NCBI GenBank assembly: GCA_038087875.1
Contig: CM076000.1
Span: forward strand, 2,108,001 to 2,172,000
DNA: 64,000 bases
DNA from: Malacoraja senta
Lineage: Eukaryota
Direction of reading: 5' to 3'
Below the pieces are notes generated by a model that saw only the letters and a list, made by a program, of their open reading frames with translations, was not told the origin of the DNA and searched no databases. The position numbers were made by a program, and so were the translations under genes. Shown here piece by piece: positions 37,669 to 51,142 of the stretch (position 1 is the stretch's first letter; every line of letters starts with the position of its first letter).

Positions 37669-39018
37669 CTCCCCCAGGATTAGAGGGTTTCAGCTACAGG
37701 GAGAGGTTGGAGAGACTTGGATTGTTTCCTCTGGAACGTCAGAGGTCAAGGGAAGATGATAGAAATATATAAAATTACAAGAGGCATTGACAGGGTGGAA
37801 TTGTCCCATGCTATAAAGAGAGAGGAGGAAAGTTTAATGGAGATGTGCGAGGCAGGGAATAATGGGATCCTGGAACGCATTGATAGGGGTGGTGAAGAAG
37901 GCAGGTATGATAGTGGCGTTTATGAAGCTTTTAGAAAGGCACATGGAAGTGCAGGGAATAGATGGATATGGATCATGGACAGGCAGATTGTCATTGTGTT
38001 CGGCACAAACAGTGCGGGCCGAAGGGCCTGTTCCTGTGTTGTACTGTGTTCTATGTTCTAAGGTCACTGGCATATTGATGGCAATATTCTGATTGCAATC
38101 TATTGCTGCCTCATTTCATCTTTAAGGACATTGCAGCCCTTTCATGAATCGCTGGTCGCATGGATTCTCTAACAGGCTGGCATATGCTCAAACCGTTCAC
38201 AGGTGGCTCAGTGAATTTAAAGAGAGGGACCGTCATCAAAAGATTAATTCAGTCCATCCCCACCCGCTTCTCCCAGATTTAAAGGAATCAGAACATTGAA
38301 TCTGTTAAGTAGCGTGTACGTAGTCTGTGAAGTTGTTTGTTGCAAAGTACAGAATGGTTCTTCTGATACAGTCTCTGGCTAGATGGGATAGAGTCTATTG
38401 TAGCACTTTAAATTGTTTGAGGGGATTCCATTTGGCACTCAGTGGGTGTAAATCTAACAATATCCGTATTGGCAAGGATCTTGTAGCTAAGTGCGAATAT
38501 TCCGCCGTGCTAGCATCTGGTAGTGAGCGAACGCTGCCAGTAAAACAAGAGAGAACATTGTCCTGGTGTCAAGTTGAACGGAACCACTGTCATTTTGGAA
38601 AAGGCTGTTTTGTAAGTTTCAAAACGTGTCAACGTCAGTCTGATTATAGGTTATATAATCAGCAATTCAGATTGATTGACCCCAATGGAATAGACCTCTG
38701 GGAACAGGGTGAAATGTACTGTTTAGTGGAGTTCGGTATAATTTAGTTTAGTTTACTTTAGTTTATTATTGTCGCGTGAACCAAGGTACAGTGAAAAGCT
38801 TTTGTCGACGTGCTTTCCAGTCAAAGAAAAGACTATACAATCAAGATACATGAATGCAATCAAGATAGGGTAAAATGTACTGTTTAGTGTAGTTCAGTTT
38901 AGTTAAAATTTAGTTTAGTTTAGCTAATTATTGTCATGTGTACCGAGGTACAGGAAAAGCCTTTGTTTGTGCGCTATCCTGTCAAAGAAATGGCTATATA
39001 TGATTACAATCAAGGTAC

Positions 39019-39152
39019 CGGGGTGGGAGATTGCAACCTTCACATGGTCCACCCTGTTTCGACTAATGCAATCAACCCGACGTGCACAAACAAATAGATC
39101 AAATAGAACGTCGACCTACAACTTTAGGCTGTGCACGCCATACGCAAGAAGA
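39019..39152 (+). mobile_element. Short retroposon 3' fragment with 13-bp TSD
   Basis: Flanked by acaatcaaggtac at 39006-39018 and 39153-39165. Ends in an (AAG)n-like tail. Confidence 0.6.
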
Positions 39153-41068
39153 ACAATCAAGGTACGTGAATACGGACAAGTGGGCCGAAGGATCTATTCT
39201 GTGCTGTATAACTGTATGGGTCAATGACTCCATATCTTTCTCTAAGGTGCCAGCAAAATAGTCAGCAAGTCAAACCAGCAAGAAGTTCACTGTTGCAGGA
39301 AAGCATTTATATCTGTGGCTTTCTTTCACAGAGGCACATAAGTTCATGAGTCGTGGGAGCAGAATGAGGCCATTCGGACCATCAAGTCTATTCTGCCATC
39401 CAATCACGGCTGATCAATTTTTCCTCTCAACCCCATTCTCCTACCTTCTCCCCTTAACCTTTGACATCCTTACCAATCAAGATCCTGTCAATCTCCGCTT
39501 TAAAAATACCCAATGTCTTGGCCTCCACTGCCGTCCATGGCAATGAATTCCCATGTCAATGAGGCTGTCGGCTTTGGCAAATTTCACACTCTAAGCAATA
39601 CTGGCGTCTTGAGAGTCAAATGAGACAACACTTTGAGAGGAACAGCTTAAAACCGCAATGAATACAAGCAATCAATATCATGTACGACAGAAATCAAAAC
39701 ACAACATGCTGGATACTCAGGTGATAAGCAAAAACATCTATGGAGACAGAGAGAGAATGAATATTTCATGATCTTTAAAGATCGTATTGACTTGAAACTT
39801 TACAAAGGTCAATTAACCTACAAACCTGAAGATAGATGCAAAGTGCTGGAGTAACTCAGGGGGTCAGGCAGTATCTCTGGAGAAAAAGGATGGGTGATGT
39901 TTTGGGTCGGGACCCTTCTTCAGACACCCTCAAACCAACACGTCTTTGGGATGTGTGAGGAAACCGGAGCATCCAGAGAAAATCCTTGCGGTCACAGGGA
40001 GAACTCCGCATAGATAGCAACCAATGTCAGGATTAAACCGAGATCTCTGGCATTGCGAGGCAGCAGCTCTACTGCTGCATTGGCCTTGCATCTGAGGTTG
40101 TAAGCGTGAAAATATCATGCCCAACAGAATAGAGAGTTCTTCTGGCCCAGGCATGATTGCAGAGTTGGTGACTTACAGATTAAGGACCTGTTTCAGAGTG
40201 TGAATATTCAGCTGAATAGTTATGCCTTGCCCACACAAATGTAAAGATGATTAAATTGGACAAAACAATGCTTTCACCAAGTGTTCTGGCACTGAGTTAT
40301 GTGCGATGAGGTTCTGCTGGCTATGTTTGTGGCCAGATGGTGTTACTGTACTCTCACAGCAAATTAAAATCTGTTTACATTTTCCCCTTTGTATTAAGAG
40401 TACAGACATAGAGAGGTAAGTAAGTGAGCATTTGGGCTTTGAAATGGTTATGATTAGACTGAGATAGCTGTAAAATTATATCAATCAGTAAATACCAATC
40501 CTCAAAGTGCAATGAGTGCCATTCACTCAACTATTAATAGTGGACGGTAATTTGGGGATGAAATGTGTGGAGTGTGATTATTTTTGTTGTCTGAAAATGC
40601 CCCAGCGTTTTAAATACTCAAACAACTGGAAGTGATTCAAACAAAGAAGGTTTAAACCCAAAAGCAAGCAAATTATCCAAACAAAATATAAATTTGCTTG
40701 TTGCTGTAAAAACTTAATGAGGTAAAAATATATCCTTGGCTGCAAGCACTGTATAGTCAATGAAGTATTGGTGGTTGCAACCCCTCCTGAAATTCAGTTT
40801 AGTTTAGTTCAGAGATACAGTGTGGTAACAGGCCCTTGGCCTCACCTGAGTTTGCACCGACCAGCGATCACCTGTTCACTAGTTCTGTTATCCTAGTTTT
40901 AGATCCTATACACTAGGGGCAATTTATTTAGGTCAATGAATCTACAAATCTGCACGTCTTTGGGATGTGGGAGGAAACTGGGGCACCCGGAGAAAAGCCT
41001 GATTAGTACAAAGAGAATAGAAATAGTCTACCAAGGCCGCATGCAAAAGTCGCCAGGTTTTGGCGGAT

Positions 41069-41102
41069 AGGTGACGTTTCAGATCGGGACCCTTCTTCAG
41101 CC
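41069..41102 (-). ncRNA. Minimal hammerhead ribozyme-like motif (Penelope-type)
   Basis: Minus strand reads CTGAAGA-A-GGGTC-CC-GATCT-GAAACGTC, i.e. core boxes, stem II and a GUC triplet. Confidence 0.5.
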
Positions 41103-41261
41103 TTCAGGCTTTACTTTCGGACTTTTGACGAGAGATACAGCATGGAAACACTGAGTCCACGCCCATTAGCGATCACCCGTACACTCATTTTATGTTATCC
41201 CACTTTCAAGTGGTCACTGGGAGAACAAACTCCGTACATACAGTTTAGTTTAGAGATACAG

Positions 41262-41515
41262 CGGCCCTCCGAGTCCACGCTGACCAACGATCATCCGTAC
41301 ACTCGTTCTATCCTACACACTGGGGACAATTTTACAGAAGCCAATTAACCTACAAACCTGCACGTCTTTGGAGTGTGGGAGGAAACCGGAGATCCTGAAG
41401 AAAACAAACGCAATAACAGAGAGAACGTGCAAACTCTGTATAGACAGCACCTGTAGTCAGGATTGAACCCGGATCTCTGGCGCTGCAAGGCATCAACTCT
41501 ACGATGTGCCAACGT
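41262..41515 (-). mobile_element. HE1-like SINE
   Basis: Reverse complement of the SINE consensus. Confidence 0.75.
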
Positions 41516-42239
41516 GCAGCCTCTTGAATTCTGAATCCAAATACCCCCTTAAGCACATCAAAGCCAAATGTTCCAATCAAACTTTTAGCAATGGTGTTTA
41601 TTTTTCAAAGGAGATGCTGCCTGACACACTGATGCATTCCAGCATTTATTTTTACACACATCAGGAGTGATATGCAAACAATGTTGCCAGCCCTCGGGTC
41701 CAGTAACTTGACCTGTTAAAACATAATTAACATTCCCTGTGAATGATTAATTACGCCATTGTATAGTGAACTCGGATGCAACCCACATGGTCACAGGGAG
41801 AACGTGTAAACTCCACCCAGACAGCATCCCAGGTCAGGATCAAACCCGGGTCTCTGGTGCTGTGAGGCAGTAGCTCGACCATCTGCACTATTGTGTCACA
41901 TGTACAACTTCTGTATAAAAAAAATTCAAGTAACAACTAATTTTAGACGTAAGCAAAATCAAACTCACTCGTCCAGAAATATTTGTTTGTGAAAAACGTG
42001 CTAAATAGTTTTTATGCTGGTGAATATTTGCACTGGCATCCTACTGCCATTCTTCGCAATTGACTGCACATTTGGGTAAATTGACCGCAAAGACTTTCAG
42101 GAGGTGGATGCAAAGAGTCAATGAATTTCCAGCACGCAATGTAATAGCAGAAATACCCAAATACATTATAGCTGCTGGATGGAACAGAGCATCGTAGACA
42201 GGTGACAAACCACTCTGCCTGAAGATTACAGTGACAGAT

Positions 42240-42590
42240 GTCATAGTTATAGAGGCATGCAGCACAGAAACAGGCCCTTTGGCCCAACTGGTCCACACCG
42301 GCCAAGATGTCCCATCTAAGCTAGTTCCATATGCCTGCGTTTGGCCCATTTCCCTCCCATCTTTTCCTATCCAGTCTTCTAAATGTTGTTATTAATATCT
42401 GCCTCAACTACCTCCCCTGGCAGCTTGTTCCATATACCACACATGAATGTAAAACCTGCCCCTTAGGTTCTTATTAAATGTTTTCCCTCTCACCATAAGC
42501 CTACGTCCTCTGGTTCTTGATACGCCTGCTCTGGATAAAATACTCCATGCATTCATCCTGTCTATTCCCATCATGATTTTATTCACAACT
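42240..42590 (-). mobile_element. CR1 LINE 3' end
   Basis: KIMMGIDR..SRTRG.RL.VRG motif. Confidence 0.8.
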
Positions 42591-43444
42591 CTGGGCAACC
42601 TCGGCAAGGATAGGAGTACTCAGGGACATCAGGATCCACCTGAATGATTATTCTAAATCTGGCCACCTGCCACTGAGTTGGCCCTCGCCCTCTCAATGTC
42701 ATCTGTAAGGGGCACCCTTACAAGGGTGCAGGTAAGTGCGCATGTATACAACCTGACGTGCTTCCTGCTGCTAAGAACCTGCTTTCCTGTCCGTGGTGCA
42801 TGCTGCTTCATTGCAGCATTTGAGCAGTCCAATCCGGCAGCAACAACGTCAAGGAAGGGTTGCCCGGCAACTGACACCATTGCTCTTTGTGCATATGCAT
42901 CAAAATATGCGATCCAATGTGTTGGTATGCATTATGTACTGCACCAAGTACCAATTGCATTTAGCAAACAATTGTGCACTGAAATTCAATCTTGTGGTGG
43001 TAAAAATCATTCAATTTGTCATTGAATTTCTATGTGACCCATGCGGACACATTCACTCCAATGTATAACCTATGATACACTCCGCATACAAAATCAAACT
43101 CTGTGACTTCCCACATAATGTCAAATTCACACTCTCTCACCGAGAGGCCTGGGTTATTCTGTGAATCAGATTTAACACATTGTGTGCCAAGCCTTGGAAG
43201 GTAGATTAGCTAAAGGATGGCTACATGGTTGGGACAGGAGCCTTTCCAGTGCTGTTTGTGACACCGAATGAATAGGAAGGCTTCACTCCAGCTCACCGAC
43301 CATAGCTGCCAACATCCCTAACGCCTCGCAGGAGTGAGTGTGAAAGTGGCATAACATAGAACTAGTATGAATGGGTGATCAATGGTCAGCGCAGACTTGA
43401 TGGGTGAAGGGCCTGTTTCCGTGCTGCCGAAGAGCCTTTAGGGC

Positions 43445-43750
43445 TGCTTAGTGGTGCAGTGGCAGAGTTGTTGCCTTACAGCGCCAGAGACCTGGGTTTG
43501 ATCCTGACTGCGGGTGCTGTCTGTACAGAATTTGTACGTTCTTCCCGTAATTCCATGGGTTTTCTCCAGGTGCTCTGGTTTCCTCCCACACTCCAAAGAC
43601 GTACAGGTTTGTAGGTTAATTGTCTACGGTAAAAAATGGTAAATTGTCCCGAGTGTGTAGGATAGGTTAGTGTACGGGGATCGTTGGTTGGTGCAGACTC
43701 TGTGGGCCTAAGGGCCTGTTTACATGCTGTATCTATAAACTAAACTAAAC
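43445..43750 (+). mobile_element. HE1-like SINE
   Basis: Full consensus. Confidence 0.8.
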
Positions 43751-44102
43751 TTCAGAAATGATACTGGGAAGGTTAAGTACTCCTACTGAAAGCCTTCTCT
43801 GGTGGAGTGTTGAGCACTACAGCCTCTGTTGGATGTTGGGCTTTATATGAAACTGATAAGAAAGTTCCTATCAATTTGCATGTTACTTGTACTGCATTCA
43901 CCAGCAGATTGAAAGGGACAGAATTTGGATATATCCCCCTTTGAATCTCTTTTTCCTTGGATTTTTGAGATTAAATGAATAAGTGATTTGCAAAAAAAAC
44001 CACAATGATGTCCCAAAATGCTTCAGTGAATTAAGACTGTAGTCTCTGTTCTAATATGATGATTAGATTGTGCATAAACCACATCTTATATGGAGTGATA
44101 TT

Positions 44103-44410
44103 TAGACTTTAAACTTTAGAGATATAATACGGAAACAGGCCCTTCAGCCCACTGAGTCTGTGCTAACCAGTGATCACCCTTGTACACCAGCACTATCCTA
44201 CACACTAGGGACAATTTACAATGTTACTGAAGCCAATTTACCTACAAACCTGTACGTCTTTGGAGTGTGGGAGGGAACTGTAGCACCTGGAGAAAACCCA
44301 CGCAGGTCACGTGGAGAACGTACAATCTTCGTACAGACAGCACTTGTAGTCAGAATCAAACCCGGGTCCCTGGCACTGTATTGCAGCAACTCTACCACTG
44401 CACCACCATG
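44103..44410 (-). mobile_element. HE1-like SINE
   Basis: Reverse complement of the SINE consensus. Confidence 0.8.
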
Positions 44411-44590
44411 TCTCCAAATATGATAATGAACAGCTATGATGAAGTATAATCTTTTGTCCAAGACACCTGATCTCCCTTTTTCAAAATTACACTGTAGAAT
44501 CCTTAAAGGTGCACAGTTTCACAATTGATTCATCATTCTGGGCTTTGAGGATTGAAGGACCATAAAACCATAAGATATAGGAGCAGAATT

Positions 44591-45015
44591 CTGGGCAATG
44601 GTCAGGTGCTATAGACCTGCACGGGAAGATAGACGCTCCCGCCCCCACGAGGCTCGGGCAGATGGGGCTCGTCAGCCTGGGAACGCAGTCCATCTAGGAG
44701 AGGGAAAGTTGATTTAAAACTTCCACTGCCTTGTGGCCATATCCAGTCATGGAAAAGGCTCCAGGAGTAAACCTCAAGAAAATCCGGAGTCAGAGCCCCT
44801 AAGGCGGTTTGTCTACAACCTCGCTCTTGCAGCTCCTGCGACGGTGCTGGTGCCAAACTGTAACGTCCCTGGTGTTCCTTTGGATCGATTAGCGACGTGG
44901 AGAGGGGGGACGTGCTGCCTGGGCAACAGCCTGTCCTCCATATGACATCGCCCAGGCTTGCATACGACCAGGATGCATCACCCATGGTCAGCCATGACAG
45001 AGGGGGGCCTACTAA
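44591..45015 (+). mobile_element. 425-bp non-coding retroposon (probably RTE-derived) with 12-bp TSD
   Basis: Perfect TSD aggagcagaatt at 44579-44590 and 45016-45027 inside a CR1 tail. Ends ctactaa. RTE assignment is from recollection only. Confidence 0.55.
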
Positions 45016-45380
45016 AGGAGCAGAATTAGACCATTTGGTTCATCGAGTCTGCTCTGCCATTCGATCATCGCTGATCTATTTTTTTCCTCCCAACCTCCAT
45101 TCTCATGCCTTCACTTGGCCTCCATAGCCGTCTGTGGCAATGAATTCCACAGGTTCACCACCCTTGGCTAAAGAAATTCCTCCTCTTTTCCATTTGAAAT
45201 GTATGTCCTTTTATTCTGAGGCTGTACCCTCTTGACCTAGACTCTCCCACTGGTGGAAAATCCTCTCCACATCCACTCTATCCAGGCCTTCCACTATTCA
45301 TTAGGTATCAATGAGATCTCCCCTCATCCTTCTAAACTTCAACGAGTACAGGCCCAGAGCGGTCAAACGCTCATCATACG
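45016..45380 (-). mobile_element. CR1 LINE 3' fragment
   Basis: Similar to 945-1300. Confidence 0.8.
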
Positions 45381-46128
45381 AACCCTGGATTGGGTACGCG
45401 ACATCTCATTTCATTGTTGTTTCCATAATTTAAAACATAAATGAGGTGATGTCTCCAGTAAAAAAAGCATATAATGTACTAAAATGCCTTTATGTTCATG
45501 CTTAATTAATTGTCCTTCGTTTACTTAATGAGAATTCCTGCCTGCTTTGAATTGTCCAGATGCCTCTGCAAGTATAATGCTGCAAGGTTTTTTAGGGTTA
45601 AATTCGAAAAATTGCCAAAGACACGGAGATTGCGGCATGCACTTATTCACTGCATTGCAGACAGGATTTTAAATATGGGCCAATAACTCAGTGTTGGCAA
45701 TGCTGTTTGTGTTCTTCATTGGCTGCTGTGTTAGCAAGGGTATGACATTCGGAGTGGTCAGATCAACTTAAAGGTTGACTGCAATTCTTTAAATGAAAGC
45801 GTGCTATGCCGGGTAACTGTGATGGGCGCCCTTGTGACATTAATCTGGAAAATTGGAGAAGGGCTCCACAAACAAGTGAGTGTGCAAAGCACAGCATGCG
45901 CTAGAATTTTAATATTGTGGGCGATGGTGCAGCCTTGAGAAAACCCACGCGGTCACAGGGAGAACGTACAAACTCCGTACAGACAGCACCTGTAGTCAGG
46001 ATCGGATCTCTGCCGCTGCGCTACTGTGCCACACTATCTGCTGGTTAGTCCTAGAGGAAATGGAAGGGGAGTGGGACTGGTGGAGAATTGAATGGTGATG
46101 AGGGTCAGTGAGAGGAGATGAAGGATAG

Positions 46129-46473
46129 AGTCATAGTCATAGAGTCATACCGTGTGGAAACAGGGCCTTCGGCCCAACTTGCCCACACTGACCAACATGT
46201 CCCATCTACAATAGTCCCACTGGCCTTTTGGCCCATATCACACTAAATTTGTCCTATCCATGTATCTGCTGAACGTTGTGATACTACCTTCCTCAACTAT
46301 CTCCTCCGGCAGCTCACGTTCCCCCTCAGATTCCTATAAAATCTTTCCCCCCTTCACCGTAAACCTATGCCCTCTGGTTCTTGATTCCCCCACTCTGGGC
46401 AAGAGACTGTGTATCTACCTGATCTATTCCTTTTATTATTTGATACACCTCCTCTATAAGACAACCCCTCATC
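46129..46473 (-). mobile_element. CR1 LINE 3' end
   Basis: (gagtcata)n tail and CR1 3' sequence. Confidence 0.8.
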
Positions 46474-46576
46474 CTGGATGGAGAATTGTCAAAAGTTCAG
46501 AAAGGTCATAAGGAATAGTCGTAGAGTTAGGCCATTTGGCCCATCAAATCTACTCCGCCATTCAATCATAGCTGAA

Positions 46577-48375
46577 TATAGACAATGGACAATAGACAAT
46601 AGGTGCAGGGGTAGGCCATTCGGCCCTTCCCTGTGATCATATTCCCTGTGATCATGGCTGATCATCCACAATCAGTACCCGTTTTCTCCGCATATCCCTT
46701 AACTCCACTATCCCTAAGAGCTCTATCTAACTCCCTCTTAAAAGCATCCAGAGAACCAGCCTCCACCACCCTCTGAGGCATAGAATTCCACACACTCACA
46801 ACTCTCTGTGTGAAAAAGTTTTTCCTCATGTCCGTTCTAAATGGCTTACCACTTATTCTTAAACTATGGCCCCTGGTTCTGGACTCCCCCAACATTGGGA
46901 ACATGTTTCCTGCCTCTAGCGTGTCCAAACACTTAATAATCTTATATGTTTCAATAAGATCCCCTCTCATCTAAATTCCAGGGTATACAAGCCCAGCTGC
47001 TCCAATCTATCAACATATGACAGTCCCGCCATCCCGGGAATTAACCTCGTGAACCTGCGCTGCACTCCCTCAAGTTTGGAGGCCAAAACTGCACACAATA
47101 CTCCAGGTGTGGTCTCACTAGGGCCCTGTACAACTGCAGGAGGACCTCTTTGCTCCTATACTCAACTCCTCTTGTTATGAAGGCCAACATGCCATTCGCT
47201 TTCTTCACTGCCTGCTGTACCTGCATGCTTACTTTCAGTGACTGATGAACAAGGACCCCCAGATCCCATTGTACTTCGCCTTTTCCCAACTTGACACCAT
47301 TTAGATAATAATCTGCCTTCCTATTTTTGCCACCAAAGTGGATAACCTCTCATTTATCCACATTAAACTGCATCTGCCATGCATCTGCCCACTCACCCAA
47401 CCTGTCCAAGTCACCCTGCATCCTCATAGCATCCTCCTCACAGTTCACACTGCCACCCAGCTTTGTGTCATCTGCAAATTTGCTAATGTTACTTTTAATC
47501 CCTTCATCCAAACCATTAATATATATTGTAAATAGCTGCGGTCCCAGCACCAAGCCTTGCGGTACCCCACTAGTCACTGCCTGCCATTCTGAAAGGGACC
47601 CGTTAATTCCTACCCTTTGTTTCCTATCTGCCAACCAATTTTCTATCCATGTCAGCACCCTACCCTCAATACCATGTGCCCTAATTTTGCCCACTAATCT
47701 CCTATGTGGGACCTTATCAAATGCTTTCTGAAAGTCCAGGTACACTACATCCACTGGCTCTCTCATGTCCATTATTCTGGTTACATCCTAAAAAAATTCC
47801 AGAAGATTAGTCAAGCATGATTTCCCCTTCGTAAATCCATGCTGACTCAGACCGATCCTGTTACTGCTATCCAAATGTGCCACTATTTCATCTTTTATTA
47901 TTGACTCCAGCATCGATGTCAGGCTATTTGGTCTATAATTCCCTGTTTTCTCTCTGCCGCCCTTCTTAAAAAGTGGGATAACATTAGCTACCCTCCAATC
48001 CACAGGAACTGATCCTGAATCTATAGAACATTGGAAAATGATTACCAATGTATCCACGATTTCTAGAGCCACTTCCTTAAGTACCCTGGGATGCAGACCA
48101 TCAGGCCCTGGGGATTTATCAACCTTCAGTCCCATCAGTCTACCCAACACCATTTCCTGCCTAATGTGAATCTCCAGTTCCTCCACCACCCTGGATCCTC
48201 TGGCCACTAGTACATCAGGGAGATTGTTTGTGTCTTCCTTAGTAAAGACGGATCCAAAGTACATGTTCAACTCATCTGCCATTTCCTTGTTCCCCATAAT
48301 AAATTCATCCTTTTCAGTCTTCACGGGTCCAACTTAACTAGTCTTAACTAGTTTTTTGCTCTTCACATACCTAAA
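46577..48375 (-). mobile_element. CR1 LINE ORF2 (RT domain) fragment of 1.8 kb, nested in another CR1 (46500-46576 and 48390-48678)
   Basis: KSPGPDGLHPRVLKE, GNYRP.SLTS, QHGF.KGKSCLTNL, LDFQKAFDKVPH, GVPQG.VLGP.LF, FADDTKL motifs, disrupted by frameshifts. Confidence 0.95.
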
Positions 48376-49468
48376 TAATATCTCACCCATTTAACCCCAT
48401 TCTCCTGCCTTCTCCCCATAACCTCTGACACCTGTACTAATCAAGAATCTATCTATCTCTGCCTTAAAAATATCCACGACCTGGCCTCTACAGCCTTCTG
48501 TGGCAATGAATTCCACAAATTCACCACCCTCTGACTAAAGAAATTTCTCCTCATCTTCTTTTTAAAAGAATGTCCTTTAATTCTGAGGCTATGACCTCTA
48601 GTTTTGAACTCTCCCACTAATGGAAACATCCTCTCCACTTCCACTCTATCTGAGCCTTTCACTATTCTGTATGTTTCATGCATTGCTTGAGTGGCTCATG
48701 AACAATGTCAGTGTGCAAGTGAGCATATATACTGAGCAGCTTCTGCCCTGGTGGAGTGAGGGCTAAGGCAGCCGGCATGTTACCTGCACTAAGTGCTGAC
48801 TGAGACTGCAAACCAGCTGCACACTGAAGGAATGTCATCCCTTCCAGCTGAGAGAATGACTGACTGCAGATTAGGACTGTGCAAGGCTGTAGGTATAGAC
48901 TCAACGTCACTCAGCACTATGGTGAAGCTAGCAATCTGAGCAAAGCTGTGTGTTCCAAACTGTACACTGCAACTGAGTTCACGTTCCCTCTAAACAAGAT
49001 CGTTGGAAGCAGGTGCTTCGGCCCTCTCAGCCCACGCCGACCATCAATCACCCGTTCACACTAGTTCTATGTTGTCCCACACACTACGGGACTATTTACA
49101 GAGGGCCAATTAACTCACAAGCCCACATGTCTTCATGTTATTTATGTTGACGTTTAAGTATTTTACTCAGCGTACAACTGTCAACTCTTCTCCTGTCGCT
49201 ATTTTAGTTGTGAACTTTAAGAGGTTATTTGCAATGCTATGTTATTGTCACATTATACTATTGCAATTTAATCAGGCGGAAATGTTCATGGGAGTCTGAA
49301 GAAGGATCCTGAAACATCGCCTATCCATGATCTCCAGAGATGCTGCCTGGCCTGCTACACCAGCATTTTGTGTCTTTCTTTGGTACAAACCAGCATTTGC
49401 AGTTCCTTGTTATTGCAACTGTTCATGAATTGGATAAGTCGTTCGGTTAAGGCATGTGCTAAAATGTA

Positions 49469-49773
49469 GATAGACACAAAATGCTGGAGTAACTCAGCGG
49501 GTCAGGCAGCATCACTGGAGAAAAGGAATAGGTGACGTTTCAAGTCGGAACCCGTTTTCAGACGGTCATGAATACTTCCACATGATTAATGTTGTAATAA
49601 TATAACGTGACAATAACATAGAGTTGCAAATAACCCGAAGAAGGGTCTGAAGAAGGGTTCCAACCCGAAATGTCACCTATTCTTTTCTCCAAAGATGCTG
49701 CCTGACCTGCTTAGTTACTCCAGCACTTTGTGTCTATCTTCGGATAAACCAGCATCTGCAGTTCCTTCCTATA
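49469..49773. mobile_element. Penelope-like inverted pair with 16-bp TSD and captured inverted flank
   Basis: TSD catgtgctaaaatgta (49453-49468) / catgtgctaatatgta (49774-49789). Minus arm, 70-bp insert, plus arm. Confidence 0.7.
49643..49678 (+). ncRNA. Minimal hammerhead ribozyme-like motif (Penelope-type)
   Basis: GGGT-CTGAAGA-A-GGGTT-CC-AACCC-GAAATGTC-ACCT: stem I GGGT/ACCT, core, stem II and GUC site. Confidence 0.55.
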
Positions 49774-50419
49774 CATGTGCTAATATGTATTCACTTGCAT
49801 ATTTTCTTCAGGATCAGTACTTCCTAATGAAGTTAAATTGGAATTACACCTTAATTGGCCCATTTGGCTCATGATTGAAAATGCTAAAAGCAATAATCCA
49901 TTACTTTTATATCTCTGTCAGCAAGAAGAACAGTAGCATGTAGAATGAGCAGCATCTCTACCAGAGGACAGAGAGGGTTGATGTAGCCAGCATTAAATAA
50001 GTTATGCATTATAGAATCTGTCTGCCTGCACAGATATGTAACTCACATTATGACTAAATATTGCGCGTACTGGTTAAATGCTCTTTTGTCAATGATTCAA
50101 TGATACTTTATTGTCACATGTACCTAGGTACAATAAAATTCTTTGTTTTGCATACAGCCCAGTAAAATCATACTGCAGTCCTCACCTAGGCAGTGCACAA
50201 GAGTCACCATGTTTGTGGGGCTGACAAAGTTACAACAAATTATGCGAACAGTTTTATCTCCTTCTCACAGCGGTGAACCAGGTCTGCTGTAACACGTGGC
50301 CACAGGCGGCCTCCCCACCATGTCCCTCCTTGCTCCTTAGTGGCCCCCTGCTGTTCCCCCCCCCCCCCAACCTTTCATTCTCAGCGGTAAGGAAGGGCCT
50401 AAGATATGTTTGCCTGCAT

Positions 50420-50830
50420 TGGTCAATGTATTGAGGATAAAAGTTATGATGCAGCTTTATAGGACTTTGGTTAGACAGTATTTGGAGTATTGCATGCAGT
50501 TCTGGTCACTCGATTACAGGAAGGATGTGAAGGCTTTGGAGAGGGTGCGGAGTTTACTAGAATGATACCTGGATTAGGGGGTATTAGTTACAGGGAGAGA
50601 CTTGGATTGTTTTCCCTGCAATAGATGGGGAGACGATAGAATTATATAAAATGATGTGAGGCATAGATAGGGTAGACAGTCAGAATCTTTTACCCAGTAT
50701 GGAAAAATCTTATACTAGAGGGCATAGCTTTAAGGTGAAAGAGGCAGAATTGAAAGGAAATATGGAACGCACTGCTGGGGCTGGTGGTAGAGGTAGATAC
50801 AATGGTGGCATTAAACAGACTTTTGGATAG
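50420..50830 (+). mobile_element. Degraded CR1 LINE fragment
   Basis: atgcagctttataggactttggttagac..tggagtattgcatgcagttctggtc matches CR1. Confidence 0.75.
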
Positions 50831-51142
50831 ACTTTAGACTTTAGTCTTTAGAGATGCAGTGCAGAAACAGGCCCTTCAGCCCTACGAGTCCATGCTGACC
50901 AGCAATCGCCCCGTACACTAACACTATCCTACACACTAGGGACATTTTACAAATTTCCCGAAGCCAATTAACCTACAAACCTGTACATCTTTGGAGTGTT
51001 GGAGGAAACCGGGGCACATGGAGAAAACCCACGTGATCACAAGGAGAACGTGCAAACTGCATTCGGACGGCAACCATAATCAGGGTCAAACCCGGGTCTC
51101 TGGCACTGTAAGGCAGCAACTCTACCGCTGCGCCACTCTGCC
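50830..51142 (-). mobile_element. HE1-like SINE
   Basis: Reverse complement of the SINE consensus. Confidence 0.8.

Noticed and set aside
38327..38746. 139-aa ORF
   Set aside because: GTG start, no recognisable motif, and it runs into repeat-derived sequence.
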